From the NCBI GenBank assembly GCA_964556325.1, contig CAZKVS010000002.1, positions 13,599 through 77,598 of the forward strand: a DNA stretch of 64,000 bases. The letters are read 5' to 3'. Below, in pieces: positions 10,448-20,735 of the stretch. The notes under the pieces are model-generated. The model had not been told where the DNA came from. It saw nothing but the letters and a program-made list of their open reading frames with translations, and made no database searches. A program made the position numbers and the translations under genes. Numbering within the stretch: position 1 is the stretch's first letter; every line of letters begins with the position of its first letter. The DNA is from an uncultured Candidatus Saccharibacteria bacterium (GTDB taxonomy: Bacteria; Patescibacteriota; Doudnabacteria; UBA920).

Positions 10448-11983
10448 ATGACCGATTCCCACGACCGATCACATTTCGTTGATGGCGTACGCCAAGCACC
10501 CCATGTTTCCGTGCATTTTGGACCACCCACATCATCACCAAAAACCCCTACAACTACGAAGGTTAAAACCAAGAAGCGACGGTGGCTAAAAATTGTGATT
10601 GGAACACTGTTCGCGCTCGTCCTCATAGGAGGAGGTCTGTTTGCTATTGCCAATACATGGTCTTCAAGTAGTTTTGTCGGTTCACAGCAAGGCTTTTTTG
10701 GAAATGCGAAAGACATCCTACTGCACGGGGGCAATAGTGACGTACATATTAACGGCGAAGAAACAGGTTACGTAAACGCTCTTTTACTGGGCATTGGAGG
10801 TGAGGGCCATGACGGACCATACTTAACCGACACCATTATCGTTGCACGATTGAAGTTGGATACGAATGAAGTGTCTTTAGTAAGTATCCCTCGCGACTAT
10901 CAAGTAAAACTGGGGGGAATTGGCTATCGAAAAATTAATGCGGCCTTTACAGAAGGCTTTCTCAAACACAAAGATTGGAACGAAGCAGGTAGTATGGCTC
11001 AGCAGGCGGTCAGTGACATTACTGGACTTAATATCCCCTACTTCGCCGTGTTAGATTTTAGCGGTTTTGAAAAAGCCATCGATGAAATTGGCGGAGTGGA
11101 TGTACATGTGGAGCGCACGTTTACTGATTATCAATATCCCAACAGTGGGACGGGGTATCTACCTCCGCAAACCTTCACCGCAGGAGACCAACATTTCAAT
11201 GGAAGCCAGGCACTTATCTTTTCTCGCTCCCGACATGCAGCCGGACCGGAAGGATCAGATTTTGCGCGCAGTCAGCGACAACAAAAAATTATCCAAGCGG
11301 CACGAGCTAAGGTTCAAAAGCTGAATCTTCTTACCGATACCGGAACCATCACAAAACTTTTACAAACATTTACCAGCCATTTCCATACTAACTTTAGTCC
11401 TGGACAAGTCTTTCGACTTGCACGCATTGCCCAAGGCGTAACATCCAGCCAAATTAGCAGTAGCAGTTTGGACCCCAACACTGGTATTATTTGTCCTTAC
11501 ATCGAACCCGAAAGTAAGGCCTATGTACTTGTCCCCTGCCCAAATAAAACAGCCGACGACGTAAAGGACTACTTTAGCAACAGCTTCAGCATTGGCAAGC
11601 TCGCCCAAGAAAAAAGTGTCGTATGGATAGCCACCACCGACCCTAAAAGTAGCCGGTACAAACGGGTAGCAGCAAACTTGGAACAGGCCGGACTCACTGT
11701 ATGGGCCATTACCTACCCGGACCTGGAACCAGAGCAAACCGTACTCTATCAAGTAAACCAAAAACCTGAAACGGCTACCTACATAAAAAACACCCTCAAG
11801 GCCCGAGAAGTGAGCCTGGCTCCGCCAAATATCCGCGTTGACGCCGCACGAAGCGATGTTGTCCTTATACTGGGCAAAAACCTTCCCGATAGATTTACCG
11901 CACCACTACCCGCTACCACCCAACCGACTGCCATACCAGCAGCTACAGGAACTACCACTACCCCACTTGAATTAGATAATTAA
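10448..11983 (+). CDS. LCP (LytR-CpsA-Psr) family protein with LytR C-terminal domain
   Basis: TM helix, LLLG, TDTII, SIPRD, KINAA, SDFARSQRQQ. Confidence 0.93.
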   Translation: MTDSHDRSHFVDGVRQAPHVSVHFGPPTSSPKTPTTTKVKTKKRRWLKIVIGTLFALVLIGGGLFAIANTWSSSSFVGSQQGFFGNAKDILLHGGNSDVHINGEETGYVNALLLGIGGEGHDGPYLTDTIIVARLKLDTNEVSLVSIPRDYQVKLGGIGYRKINAAFTEGFLKHKDWNEAGSMAQQAVSDITGLNIPYFAVLDFSGFEKAIDEIGGVDVHVERTFTDYQYPNSGTGYLPPQTFTAGDQHFNGSQALIFSRSRHAAGPEGSDFARSQRQQKIIQAARAKVQKLNLLTDTGTITKLLQTFTSHFHTNFSPGQVFRLARIAQGVTSSQISSSSLDPNTGIICPYIEPESKAYVLVPCPNKTADDVKDYFSNSFSIGKLAQEKSVVWIATTDPKSSRYKRVAANLEQAGLTVWAITYPDLEPEQTVLYQVNQKPETATYIKNTLKAREVSLAPPNIRVDAARSDVVLILGKNLPDRFTAPLPATTQPTAIPAATGTTTTPLELDN

Positions 11984-12113
11984 CTCTTAAGCTCAAACCT
12001 CAACCCCTTAAGTATCTTGCCTAAATTCCCAATACCCAATTCTCAATTTCCAATGAAATGCTAAATTCTGGAAGTTAGAAATTGGAAATTGGTAATTGGA
12101 AATTTATTCTACT

Positions 12114-13535
12114 ATGTCTATCCCCATCGTCGCTATCGTCGGACCTCCAAACGCCGGCAAATCTACGTTATTTAATAAAATTATTGGCGAGATGAAAGCT
12201 GTCACTTCTGACGTAGCTGGTACAACTCGAGACCGCCAGTACGCCCCTACTGCTTGGAACGGGAGTGTCTTTGAACTTGTAGACACGGCGGGGTTGGATT
12301 CCCCCTCCACCCCATCTTCTAAAGGAGTACACTCTTCTTCCGCTGCTTTCAAAGGCGGAGCCAGGGGTGGTGAAAGCGAACTTGAAACGTCAGTCAACAA
12401 ACAAATAGACGTGGCCGCAAAAGAAGCACAGGTAATTGTTATGGTAGTGGATGGTAAGCTATCACCTGACAGCTTAGACCGGCAGGTGCTACTTAAATTT
12501 AGAAAATCCAAACAACCGGTAGTGTTGGCTATCAACAAACTCGACTCCCCTAAAAATTTAGAGGCTCTGACCGCAAGCTTCCTAAAACTAGGTTTAAAGG
12601 CCGTGTTCCCCGTTTCGTCAGTTACTGGCCGCGGCATTGGGGACATGCTCGACCATATTGTTTCCGTCCTCCCTGCAGCAAAACTAGACCCTAATCCCTT
12701 AGCACTTAGCCCTTCTACTGGCATTGCCGTGGCAATAGTTGGAAAGCCAAATGTGGGCAAGTCCAGCATTTTTAATCAAATCCTCAAAGACGAACGGGTC
12801 GTTGTGTCCAACGTACCGGGCACCACTCGCACTGCTATTGATAGCGAAATGACTATCAATGGTACCGACTACACGTTTATCGACACTGCGGGTCTCAAAA
12901 AGAAAGCCGCCAGACAAGCCCAACCAGACGTGTTCTCGAGCTACCAAACCTATAAATCTATCCGCCGAAGCGATGTCTGTTTCTTTGTTATCGACGCTAC
13001 TGAGGAAGTAACCAGCCAAGACCAATCCGTAGCCCAAGAAATTATTTCCCAAGAAAAAGGTTGTATTGTCTTAGTGAATAAAGTGGACCTGTACGACGCA
13101 GGGCAACAAAAAAAGAAAACCGTTGCCCTTCCTACCCGAGACAAACTCCAAGCCTACGTTTCCCACCACTTCCCTTTCCTCTGGATGTGCCCTGTATTCT
13201 TTGTATCCGGCAAAACAGGTGAAGGACTCAGCGAAGCTATCGCCGCTATTAACAAAATAGACGCCAGTCGAAAACAAGTCGTCGACCCTGAAGCGCTCAA
13301 AGATCTCCTTGCCCGACGAAAGAAACAAAACCCACCCAAGCGACTTATGGACCAAAAAGAGCCAAAGGTTTATAGTCTTGCCCAAGTGGAAACCAATCCG
13401 CCCAAGTTTGAACTCTTGGTTAACCATACGCCGGCCATTCAGGAGAACTTCCGGAAATCTGTAGAAAACGCCATCATCAAAGAACTCAACTTTTGGGGTA
13501 CTCCGATAAAAGTCCGACTTGTAAAGAAAGTGTAA
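12114..13535 (+). CDS. der: Ribosome biogenesis GTPase Der (EngA)
   Basis: Two G domains (GPPNAGKS/DTAG/NKLD and GKPNVGKS/DTAG/NKVD) plus KH-like tail; carries two repeat-derived inserts. Confidence 0.96.
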   Translation: MSIPIVAIVGPPNAGKSTLFNKIIGEMKAVTSDVAGTTRDRQYAPTAWNGSVFELVDTAGLDSPSTPSSKGVHSSSAAFKGGARGGESELETSVNKQIDVAAKEAQVIVMVVDGKLSPDSLDRQVLLKFRKSKQPVVLAINKLDSPKNLEALTASFLKLGLKAVFPVSSVTGRGIGDMLDHIVSVLPAAKLDPNPLALSPSTGIAVAIVGKPNVGKSSIFNQILKDERVVVSNVPGTTRTAIDSEMTINGTDYTFIDTAGLKKKAARQAQPDVFSSYQTYKSIRRSDVCFFVIDATEEVTSQDQSVAQEIISQEKGCIVLVNKVDLYDAGQQKKKTVALPTRDKLQAYVSHHFPFLWMCPVFFVSGKTGEGLSEAIAAINKIDASRKQVVDPEALKDLLARRKKQNPPKRLMDQKEPKVYSLAQVETNPPKFELLVNHTPAIQENFRKSVENAIIKELNFWGTPIKVRLVKKV

Positions 13536-13605
13536 ACTCCCCCAGGGGCCACTATGTCAGTGGCCCTTTTGCATGCAAACAAAAAGAACTTGCTATAATA
13601 AACTC

Positions 13606-14169
13606 ATGAAAATAATTGTCGGTCTCGGTAACCCCGGTAAAAAATACGAACTCACCCGACACAACGCTGGTTTTTTAGCCATCGATGAATACTTAAAACA
13701 ACTCGAAACCATTTCCTGCGCTTCCCGCTTTCAAGGGCAAATTTGTGAAGTTCACTTTACCGCCACGCAACACCCGCAGGGTCCTATCAAAACTTTTTTT
13801 ATCAAACCGCAAACCTTCATGAACAAGTCGGGTGAAGCTGTCCGAGAAATTGTGCAGTTTTATAAAGTTAACCCGGAAACTGACATACTCGTGGTACATG
13901 ATGAGCTCGACTTAAAATTCGGCTACTGGAAAACAGCGTTTGATTCTCGCGCCGCAGGCCATAACGGCGTTGCCAGTATTATAGAAGCGCTCGGCACACA
14001 AAAAATTCATCGCATTCGAATTGGTGTAGAATCTCGAATCTCTCGCCACGAAAGCCCTACCGAAGATTATGTATTAAGCCCTTTTTCTAACGAGGAGCTC
14101 ACAACGCTCCACGAAAAGGTGCTCCCCCAGACTCGCGAAGCTATTGATAATTTTATTTTTGATAAATAA
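13606..14169 (+). CDS. pth: Peptidyl-tRNA hydrolase
   Basis: IVGLGNPG..Y..TRHNAGF, KPQTFMN.SG, VHDELD, GHNG. Confidence 0.97.
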   Translation: MKIIVGLGNPGKKYELTRHNAGFLAIDEYLKQLETISCASRFQGQICEVHFTATQHPQGPIKTFFIKPQTFMNKSGEAVREIVQFYKVNPETDILVVHDELDLKFGYWKTAFDSRAAGHNGVASIIEALGTQKIHRIRIGVESRISRHESPTEDYVLSPFSNEELTTLHEKVLPQTREAIDNFIFDK

Positions 14170-14202
14170 AAAAGCTCTCCGCATATGAGCGGAGAGCTTT
14201 TT
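14168..14202. terminator. Bidirectional intrinsic terminator
   Basis: aaaaaagctctccgc-atatga-gcggagagcttttt. Confidence 0.85.
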
Positions 14203-14365
14203 ATGTTCACTATCCCACTTGCAAGTGAAAGGCTACAGACAAACGCCTATAAACCTTTACTCGCTGCTAGTAGCAGAAGGTAGGAGGGATGACTTCTACG
14301 TTCGCACTTACAAGCAGGAAACTGAACACAAAATAATTATAGTGGATAATTACTGCTATTCAACT
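14168..14365 (-). ncRNA. Candidate structured small RNA of about 190 nt, family unknown
   Basis: Lies between a consensus promoter and a terminator; long closing stem plus two internal hairpins; no convincing ORF. Confidence 0.6.
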
Positions 14366-14371
14366 GTTATT

Positions 14372-14400
14372 ATTATACACCTTTATAGTAATATTGTCAA
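14372..14400 (-). promoter_or_regulatory. Consensus sigma70 promoter
   Basis: TTGACA-17 nt-TATAAT on the minus strand. Confidence 0.8.
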
Positions 14401-14403
14401 GCC

Positions 14404-15498
14404 ATGAATCCCCTTGCCGATACTATATATTTACACGGTTTAAACCTCTTTCCTGCATTTGGCCCGAAACGGCTCGGTCTCTTGGGTAACTATTTTCAGA
14501 ACTACGCGGATGCCTTTGCCGCCCCTACCGCCGAGCTTATGGCGGCGGGTCTCGATGCAGAACTTGCCCAAAAATTTGTTCTATTCCGACAGACTATCAA
14601 CTTAAAAGTAGAAAACGAGAAACTACAAAACTTAGGTATACATCTGGTAAGCATCCAGGACCATACGTACCCACAATTACTGCTTGAGTGTAGCCTTCCT
14701 CCATCAATTCTCTACGTACGCGGAACAATACCGAACCCGGAGTGGGCCATTGTATCCGTGGTGGGCACGAGAAAGATTACCACCTACGGCATGAGTGTAA
14801 CCCCTCGCATACTCGGACCCCTGGTGGATGCAGGTATAGTTATTGCTTCTGGCCTGGCATATGGTGTTGACGCTCTCGCGCATAAACAGGCAGTAGAGAA
14901 AAATAAACCCACCATCGCCATACTCGGTGGAGGTATAGATGACAAAACTATATACCCCAAACACCATGTACTTCTTGCTCACGAAATAATGGCAACCGGA
15001 GGCTGTCTTATAAGCGAATACCCACCGGGAACTCCTCCGTTTAAACAACACTTTGTCGCACGCGACCGCATTATTTCTGGTATAAGCATAGGGACGCTTA
15101 TTATAGAGTGCAGCCTTAAAAGCGGTTCGCTCATTACTGCCCAATACGCGCTTGAACAAAACAGGCGTCTCTATGCAGTACCTGGTCCCATCTATGCCGA
15201 AGAGTCTCGCGGACCAAATAATTTAATAAAAATGGGCGCGAGTTTGGCAACTGAAGCTGCGGATATTTTAAACGATTTAAATATAAGTCCAAAACTCGAG
15301 GCAACCCTCCCCGCACAAGACTACACACCCACCGAACAAATAGTTCTTGCTATACTTACGTCTGAACCAATGACCGTAGATGCGATTATACAAAACTCAA
15401 ATGCGGATGCATCGGCCATTACAACCACGCTCACTTTTCTAGAAATGAAAGGCACCATTAAAAACGTTGGCGGCCAGCAGTACATTCGTGTTCGCTAA
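14404..15498 (+). CDS. dprA: DNA-processing protein DprA
   Basis: VVGTR, SGLAYGVD, ISEYPPG, SGSLITA, AVPG, C-terminal wHTH. Confidence 0.96.
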   Translation: MNPLADTIYLHGLNLFPAFGPKRLGLLGNYFQNYADAFAAPTAELMAAGLDAELAQKFVLFRQTINLKVENEKLQNLGIHLVSIQDHTYPQLLLECSLPPSILYVRGTIPNPEWAIVSVVGTRKITTYGMSVTPRILGPLVDAGIVIASGLAYGVDALAHKQAVEKNKPTIAILGGGIDDKTIYPKHHVLLAHEIMATGGCLISEYPPGTPPFKQHFVARDRIISGISIGTLIIECSLKSGSLITAQYALEQNRRLYAVPGPIYAEESRGPNNLIKMGASLATEAADILNDLNISPKLEATLPAQDYTPTEQIVLAILTSEPMTVDAIIQNSNADASAITTTLTFLEMKGTIKNVGGQQYIRVR

Positions 15499-15623
15499 AA
15501 ACGAACCGAGATATTCGTTGGTCCTATACATCTTATCAGCCCCAATAATCATATGGGTCCTATCTGACCTATCTGACCTATCTGACCTATCTGACCTATA
15601 AATTTTATTCCCTTATAGCAAAA

Positions 15624-16835
15624 ATGTCCCACAAACTTCTGCACCTTCTGTTTATTTTAATAATTGCGCTAACAATTACCAGCACAATAACTTTTGCGTT
15701 GCGCGACAAAAACCCGGAACGCCAGTCCGCTGACTCCAGCAAAACCCTAGACGATTACTTCACCCAAAGTCAAAGCCTCAAAAAAAATACCCTCACGGAA
15801 CAAGAAACCCATACCGTCACGCTCTTGGCAGTCGGCGATATTTCCTTATCTCGGAACATTGCCCAAACTATTAAAATAAAACAAGACCCGCTCTACCCAT
15901 TTCGAGGCATAGAGCCACTTTTACAGTCGACCGATTTCAACTTTGGCAACCTGGAAACCCCTTTTTCCAAGAGCGACGCCTTTACTCCAAATAACACCTT
16001 AGTCTTTAATGCCCCCAAAGCAAATGTGGCAGGTCTAAAAGCGTACAATTTTAAAGTTTTAAATCTGGCCAACAATCATGCTTTTGACCAAGGACTAAGC
16101 GGAGTACTTACCACTCGCAAAATCCTAGCAGACAACAATATACTTTTTACCGGCAGTGGTGAATCCTTAGATGAAGCATGGATGCCCGCTGTATATGAAA
16201 CAAACGGAATTAAGATAGGTTTCATTGGAGCCTCTTACTCCTCTATAAACGACGGAGGTAAAACCACCAACAACTACGTCGCCCGCATCGAAGACCTAGA
16301 CCGTCTCACGGCTCAAGTCTCATTTCTCAAGTCTCAAGCTGACTTCATAGTGGTCACCATGCACGCAGGAACTGAATACACCGCCACACCAAATGAAGCC
16401 CAAATCAAATTTGCTCACGCAGCCGTTGATGCGGGTGCCGATATAGTCATAGGCGCGCACCCCCACTGGGTACAGGAAAAAGAACTATACTGCCCCATTT
16501 CCGGTTCCTCCCCTTTCAAAGGGGAGGTTAGGTGGGATGAACATTCGCAGAATTCGGATGCTCATCCGTTGCATTCGGATTGTAAATGGATCTACTACTC
16601 ATTGGGCAACTTTATCTTCGACCAATCCTGGAGTGAACAAACCAAGAAGGGTTTAGCCCTTAAAATTACTCTTTCCAAAACGGGTACAAACTCACCCACG
16701 CTCAGCGGCGCCGCAACCCTCAATGACCTGCAACCCGCCGGCGGCAAGGAGAGACCTGAAACAAATCTAGATATTATCGAAGAAATCCCCATTTATATTA
16801 AAGGCAACTGCTGTCCAATAATTGCACCAAAATAA
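15624..16835 (+). CDS. CapA family (PGA_cap) metallophosphatase-fold protein
   Basis: AVGDI, GNLE, LANNHAFD, HAGTEY, IGAHPH, YSLGNFIFDQ. Confidence 0.92.
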   Translation: MSHKLLHLLFILIIALTITSTITFALRDKNPERQSADSSKTLDDYFTQSQSLKKNTLTEQETHTVTLLAVGDISLSRNIAQTIKIKQDPLYPFRGIEPLLQSTDFNFGNLETPFSKSDAFTPNNTLVFNAPKANVAGLKAYNFKVLNLANNHAFDQGLSGVLTTRKILADNNILFTGSGESLDEAWMPAVYETNGIKIGFIGASYSSINDGGKTTNNYVARIEDLDRLTAQVSFLKSQADFIVVTMHAGTEYTATPNEAQIKFAHAAVDAGADIVIGAHPHWVQEKELYCPISGSSPFKGEVRWDEHSQNSDAHPLHSDCKWIYYSLGNFIFDQSWSEQTKKGLALKITLSKTGTNSPTLSGAATLNDLQPAGGKERPETNLDIIEEIPIYIKGNCCPIIAPK

Positions 16836-16865
16836 ATAGCGGTCGCAGTGAATAAATGTAATACT

Positions 16866-17045
16866 TTATTCACTGCGCCGCTGCTTTGCGTAATGGTCGT
16901 GATTGCACCATCGGTGCTGCTCTCGACCACCACACCTCTTACACCTTACAGTCTGGTCATATTTCTGTTCATGCTCAGTAATAATTTTACCGCAATGACA
17001 GCAAACTTTAACCAGCTGAAGTTTGGGACGTACTGTATCAACCAC
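16866..17045 (-). CDS. Small Cys/His-rich putative zinc-binding protein (59 aa)
   Basis: TAAGGAGG SD before GTG; CCHCG...CKRCG...WCNHDH. Confidence 0.6.
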   Translation of the reverse strand: MVDTVRPKLQLVKVCCHCGKIITEHEQKYDQTVRCKRCGGREQHRWCNHDHYAKQRRSE

Positions 17046-17288
17046 AACTCTCCTCCTTATCGCAGATTTAGCCAACCACACAATCTAGCAGAGATACTAT
17101 CATTTGACAAGATGCATACTTCATGGTTAAAATTGCCATTGTAACTCAACTAGTCGTTAGTAAATAGTAATTAGTAATCAGAAAATACTAATTTAATTCT
17201 TTACTGATTGCTTATTACTCCTTACTAAATTACTAATTATTCGTAGTTCATTCGTAGATTCGGATGAATTCGTAGATTCGGATCGCGT

Positions 17289-19664
17289 ATGGCAAAGCCA
17301 TTAATAATAGTAGAGTCGCCTACCAAGGCGAAAACCATCAGCAAATTCCTCGCCGGCAAGTACGACGTTGAGGCGTCTTTTGGACATATCCGAGACTTAC
17401 CGAAAAGCAAAATTTCTATAGATGTTGAACACGATTTTGAACCGAAATACATCATCCCACCAAAAGCCTTAGAAACGGTCGCAAAGCTTAAAGCCCTCGC
17501 CAAGCATGCACCGGAAATCATCCTGGCGAGTGATGAGGACCGCGAAGGGGAATCCATTGCCTGGCACCTGGTCCAAGCTCTAGACTTAGATGAAAGCAAG
17601 CCGAAAAAGAAAGTTCGCCCAGATGATTCTAAAACAGACGAAGTGAAGGTGGATACAGACCGAGTCAAACGGATTGTTTTTCACGAAATTACCAAAACCG
17701 CCATTGATGAGGCGCTCGCCCACCCACGCTCCATAGACCAACGCATGGTAGACGCACAGCAAGCCAGGCGCGTGCTAGACAGGCTGGTAGGCTATGAACT
17801 TTCACCATTCTTGTGGCGTAAAATCCGCTACGGCCTTTCGGCCGGGCGTGTCCAGAGCGTAGCAGTACGACTAGTGGTTGAACGAGAACGAGAAATTCAA
17901 GTATTTGATAAAGAAGAATACTGGAGTATAGAAGCAAAGCTCTCTAAGCTCACCTCTTTTTCCCCCCTTCATGAGGGGGGGCTAGGGGGGGTATTTGTGG
18001 GCAGACTCTCTAAAATACACGACAAGTCGGTAGGTAAAATGGATATTAACTCCAAAACCGGTGCAGAGACTATTGTTGCAGACTTGAACGGTGCAGAGTA
18101 TATAGTTACAGATATTCAGAAAAAAGAGGTTAAGCGAAACCCTGCCGCTCCATTTACCACTTCTACACTGCAGCAAGAAGCAGCTCGCAAGCTTGGATTC
18201 TCTGCCAAGCAGACCATGATGATTGCCCAACAGTTGTACGAACATGGACACATTACCTATATGCGTACTGATAGCTTAAACTTAGCTGCAAGCGCTCTCA
18301 AGCAGGCTCAGGAGGTTATTGCAACTGAGTTCGGCAAACAATACGGCCTTGATACTCCTCGGCACTACACTAACAAATCCAAAGGCGCCCAAGAGGCACA
18401 CGAAGCTATTCGCCCCACAGACTTATCTCTCCTCCCTCAGAACTTCAAAGCGGGAGTTGCTGATAAAGGCCATGGTCGATTATATGATTTAATTTGGAAA
18501 CGCACCATTGCATCTCAAATGCAGCATGCTATATTCGACCAAACATCCGTGGACATTAGCGCTAAACACTATACATTTCGCGCTAATGGCCAAGTGGTGA
18601 AGTTTGATGGGTTCATACGCGCCTACACCGAAGGACAGGACGAGAAAGCAGAAGATGAAATTGAAGGCGTACTGCCCGAACTTTCTGCGGAAGAAAAGCT
18701 TAAACTACACGAGCTCCTCCCCCTGCAGCACTTTACTGAACCTCCGCCACGCTACACAGACGCCACCCTGGTGAAAGCTTTGGAAGCGAACGGTATTGGC
18801 CGGCCTTCTACGTACGCCCCTACTCTGGCCACCATCCAAGAACGAGACTATGTAACCAAAGAAGACAAGAAATACTCCCCCACTGAAGTTGGCTACTTAG
18901 TGAACGACATGCTGGTCGCAAACTTTCCGGAAATTGTGGACATCAACTTTACCGCCAAGGTAGAAGAAGACTTTGATAAAATCGCCGAAGGCGAAGAAGA
19001 CTGGGTAAAAGTTATCCGCGACTTCTATACTCCCTTCAAAAAACACTTGAACGAAAAAGAGGCAACGGTAGAAAAACAAGTAGAAACTTCTACTACTCCC
19101 TGCCCTCATTGCAGTAAAATGATGCTGATCAAGTTCGGCCGCATGGGTAAGTTCCTTGCCTGCCCTGACCCTGAGTCAAAAGTAACCATGCCGCTCCCTG
19201 AAGAAGCTGCCAAAATTGCTGAGCTAGAAGCAAAAACAGTTGGCGAAATTTGTCCTATATGCAGCAAACCCATGGAAGTTAAGCGCGGCCGCTTTGGTTA
19301 TTTTCTTGGGTGCGTAGACTACCCCAAGTGTAAAGGTATTGCTAAAATATGGAATAAAACTGGCTTTAAATGCCCGTCCTGTCTTGCATCCGATAGCCGT
19401 AAAGACAAACCGGGTGACGTAGTCGAAAAGAAATCCCGTGGCCGCGGTAAACCCTTCTTCGCCTGCACCCGCTGGCCAGACTGCGAATTTATTGCCAACC
19501 TAAAACCGGAGAGTGAGGCCCATCTCCAAGAACTTTATAAAATCTGGTTAGAAAATAAGGATAAGCCAAAAACCGGCAAAAAGTTTGCTCGTAAAACCGC
19601 AACTAAGAAGTCAACTAAAAAAACTACGAAAACATCCGCTGCAGAAAAAACCGTCGAGGCCTAG
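17289..19664 (+). CDS. topA: DNA topoisomerase I
   Basis: IVESPTKA, ASDEDREGE, SAGRVQS, ITYMRTDS, C-terminal zinc ribbons. Confidence 0.98.
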   Translation: MAKPLIIVESPTKAKTISKFLAGKYDVEASFGHIRDLPKSKISIDVEHDFEPKYIIPPKALETVAKLKALAKHAPEIILASDEDREGESIAWHLVQALDLDESKPKKKVRPDDSKTDEVKVDTDRVKRIVFHEITKTAIDEALAHPRSIDQRMVDAQQARRVLDRLVGYELSPFLWRKIRYGLSAGRVQSVAVRLVVEREREIQVFDKEEYWSIEAKLSKLTSFSPLHEGGLGGVFVGRLSKIHDKSVGKMDINSKTGAETIVADLNGAEYIVTDIQKKEVKRNPAAPFTTSTLQQEAARKLGFSAKQTMMIAQQLYEHGHITYMRTDSLNLAASALKQAQEVIATEFGKQYGLDTPRHYTNKSKGAQEAHEAIRPTDLSLLPQNFKAGVADKGHGRLYDLIWKRTIASQMQHAIFDQTSVDISAKHYTFRANGQVVKFDGFIRAYTEGQDEKAEDEIEGVLPELSAEEKLKLHELLPLQHFTEPPPRYTDATLVKALEANGIGRPSTYAPTLATIQERDYVTKEDKKYSPTEVGYLVNDMLVANFPEIVDINFTAKVEEDFDKIAEGEEDWVKVIRDFYTPFKKHLNEKEATVEKQVETSTTPCPHCSKMMLIKFGRMGKFLACPDPESKVTMPLPEEAAKIAELEAKTVGEICPICSKPMEVKRGRFGYFLGCVDYPKCKGIAKIWNKTGFKCPSCLASDSRKDKPGDVVEKKSRGRGKPFFACTRWPDCEFIANLKPESEAHLQELYKIWLENKDKPKTGKKFARKTATKKSTKKTTKTSAAEKTVEA

Positions 19665-19678
19665 CCCGACGGTTTTTT
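19645..19678. terminator. Terminator overlapping the topA stop (copy 1 of a duplicated hairpin)
   Basis: aaaaaaccgtcg-aggcctagcc-cgacggtttttt. Confidence 0.8.
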
Positions 19679-19830
19679 GTATATCACACGCATTGCCCCC
19701 GCGTCCTATTAGTCCTATCTGTCGTATCGGTCCTATCTGTCGTATGCATCCAATTAGTCCTATGTGGGCACCAAACCCACAAAAGAATCAACACACCTAC
19801 CCGCCTCCTACACTCATTCGTCACTAATGA

Positions 19831-20628
19831 CTATAGTCCTAACTCTGCCATTTTACGCTTTGTAAACTTGGTATCCGCAAAATAATCAGATTCGTAATAA
19901 TTAGACCGGTGAAAGATTTCGTCTATAATGAAACCGCTCATATGGTTATAAGTCAGCTGGAATACCCTATCGGCCACCTCTGAAGGCATAAGCCAATACT
20001 CGGGGCTCGCATTGGTTCTTTGGAATACATATGGACGAGTTATTAGTTCGTGCGGACAAATAACTGAACTAATATTTAGCAGAAAAAAAGAGGTCGCGGG
20101 ACTTATATGTACTATCTCAAACATCCGAGCCTTGATCTTATCCATGACTTTCCACCAAGAAGTATGCACCATGGGCTTGCTTTTATCACCCAACCCTCCG
20201 AATATAAGCGCCTTTATTGGCAAACCAGTAGACTGCAGCGCTTCGGCCATACCAAGAAACGCTTTATAGGATAAATTCACCACTCTATCGTCTACCCCGT
20301 CACCGTCTTGATCATGTGATATTTCTAATGCACCGTCTTTTCCAACCTCAAAAGGATATACACCCACGGCATGCACGTATATAATTTTTTCGTAATTACT
20401 CACTCGCAGCTTCCGAGCAAACGACATGCAGTCCTCCTGGCTAGATATGTCACCTATTGCGCACACGAGTGTGCGGTCAGGAAGGTATCCATCTACGCAA
20501 AACATATCTGCAGCTGGAGCCTGTCTGCTGAGGCCGATAATGGTCGCGTCATTTGCCCTGCTAAAACGGGCCAGACACGCTCCGCCCAACGCACCAGTAA
20601 CCCCATTAATTATTATCAATGTTTTCAT
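19831..20628 (-). CDS. Rossmann-fold/SDR-like hypothetical protein
   Basis: N-terminal IIINGVTGALG..., IIGLSR. Confidence 0.6.
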   Translation of the reverse strand: MKTLIIINGVTGALGGACLARFSRANDATIIGLSRQAPAADMFCVDGYLPDRTLVCAIGDISSQEDCMSFARKLRVSNYEKIIYVHAVGVYPFEVGKDGALEISHDQDGDGVDDRVVNLSYKAFLGMAEALQSTGLPIKALIFGGLGDKSKPMVHTSWWKVMDKIKARMFEIVHISPATSFFLLNISSVICPHELITRPYVFQRTNASPEYWLMPSEVADRVFQLTYNHMSGFIIDEIFHRSNYYESDYFADTKFTKRKMAELGL

Positions 20629-20735
20629 GGAGAGAGCTTAACTCATAGTCAGTAAAATGTCATAAAAGTCCTTATATTTACATAATTAGTAAAATATAAT
20701 TTTATTTTTTGATATGGACATGCTACTGTATGTGC

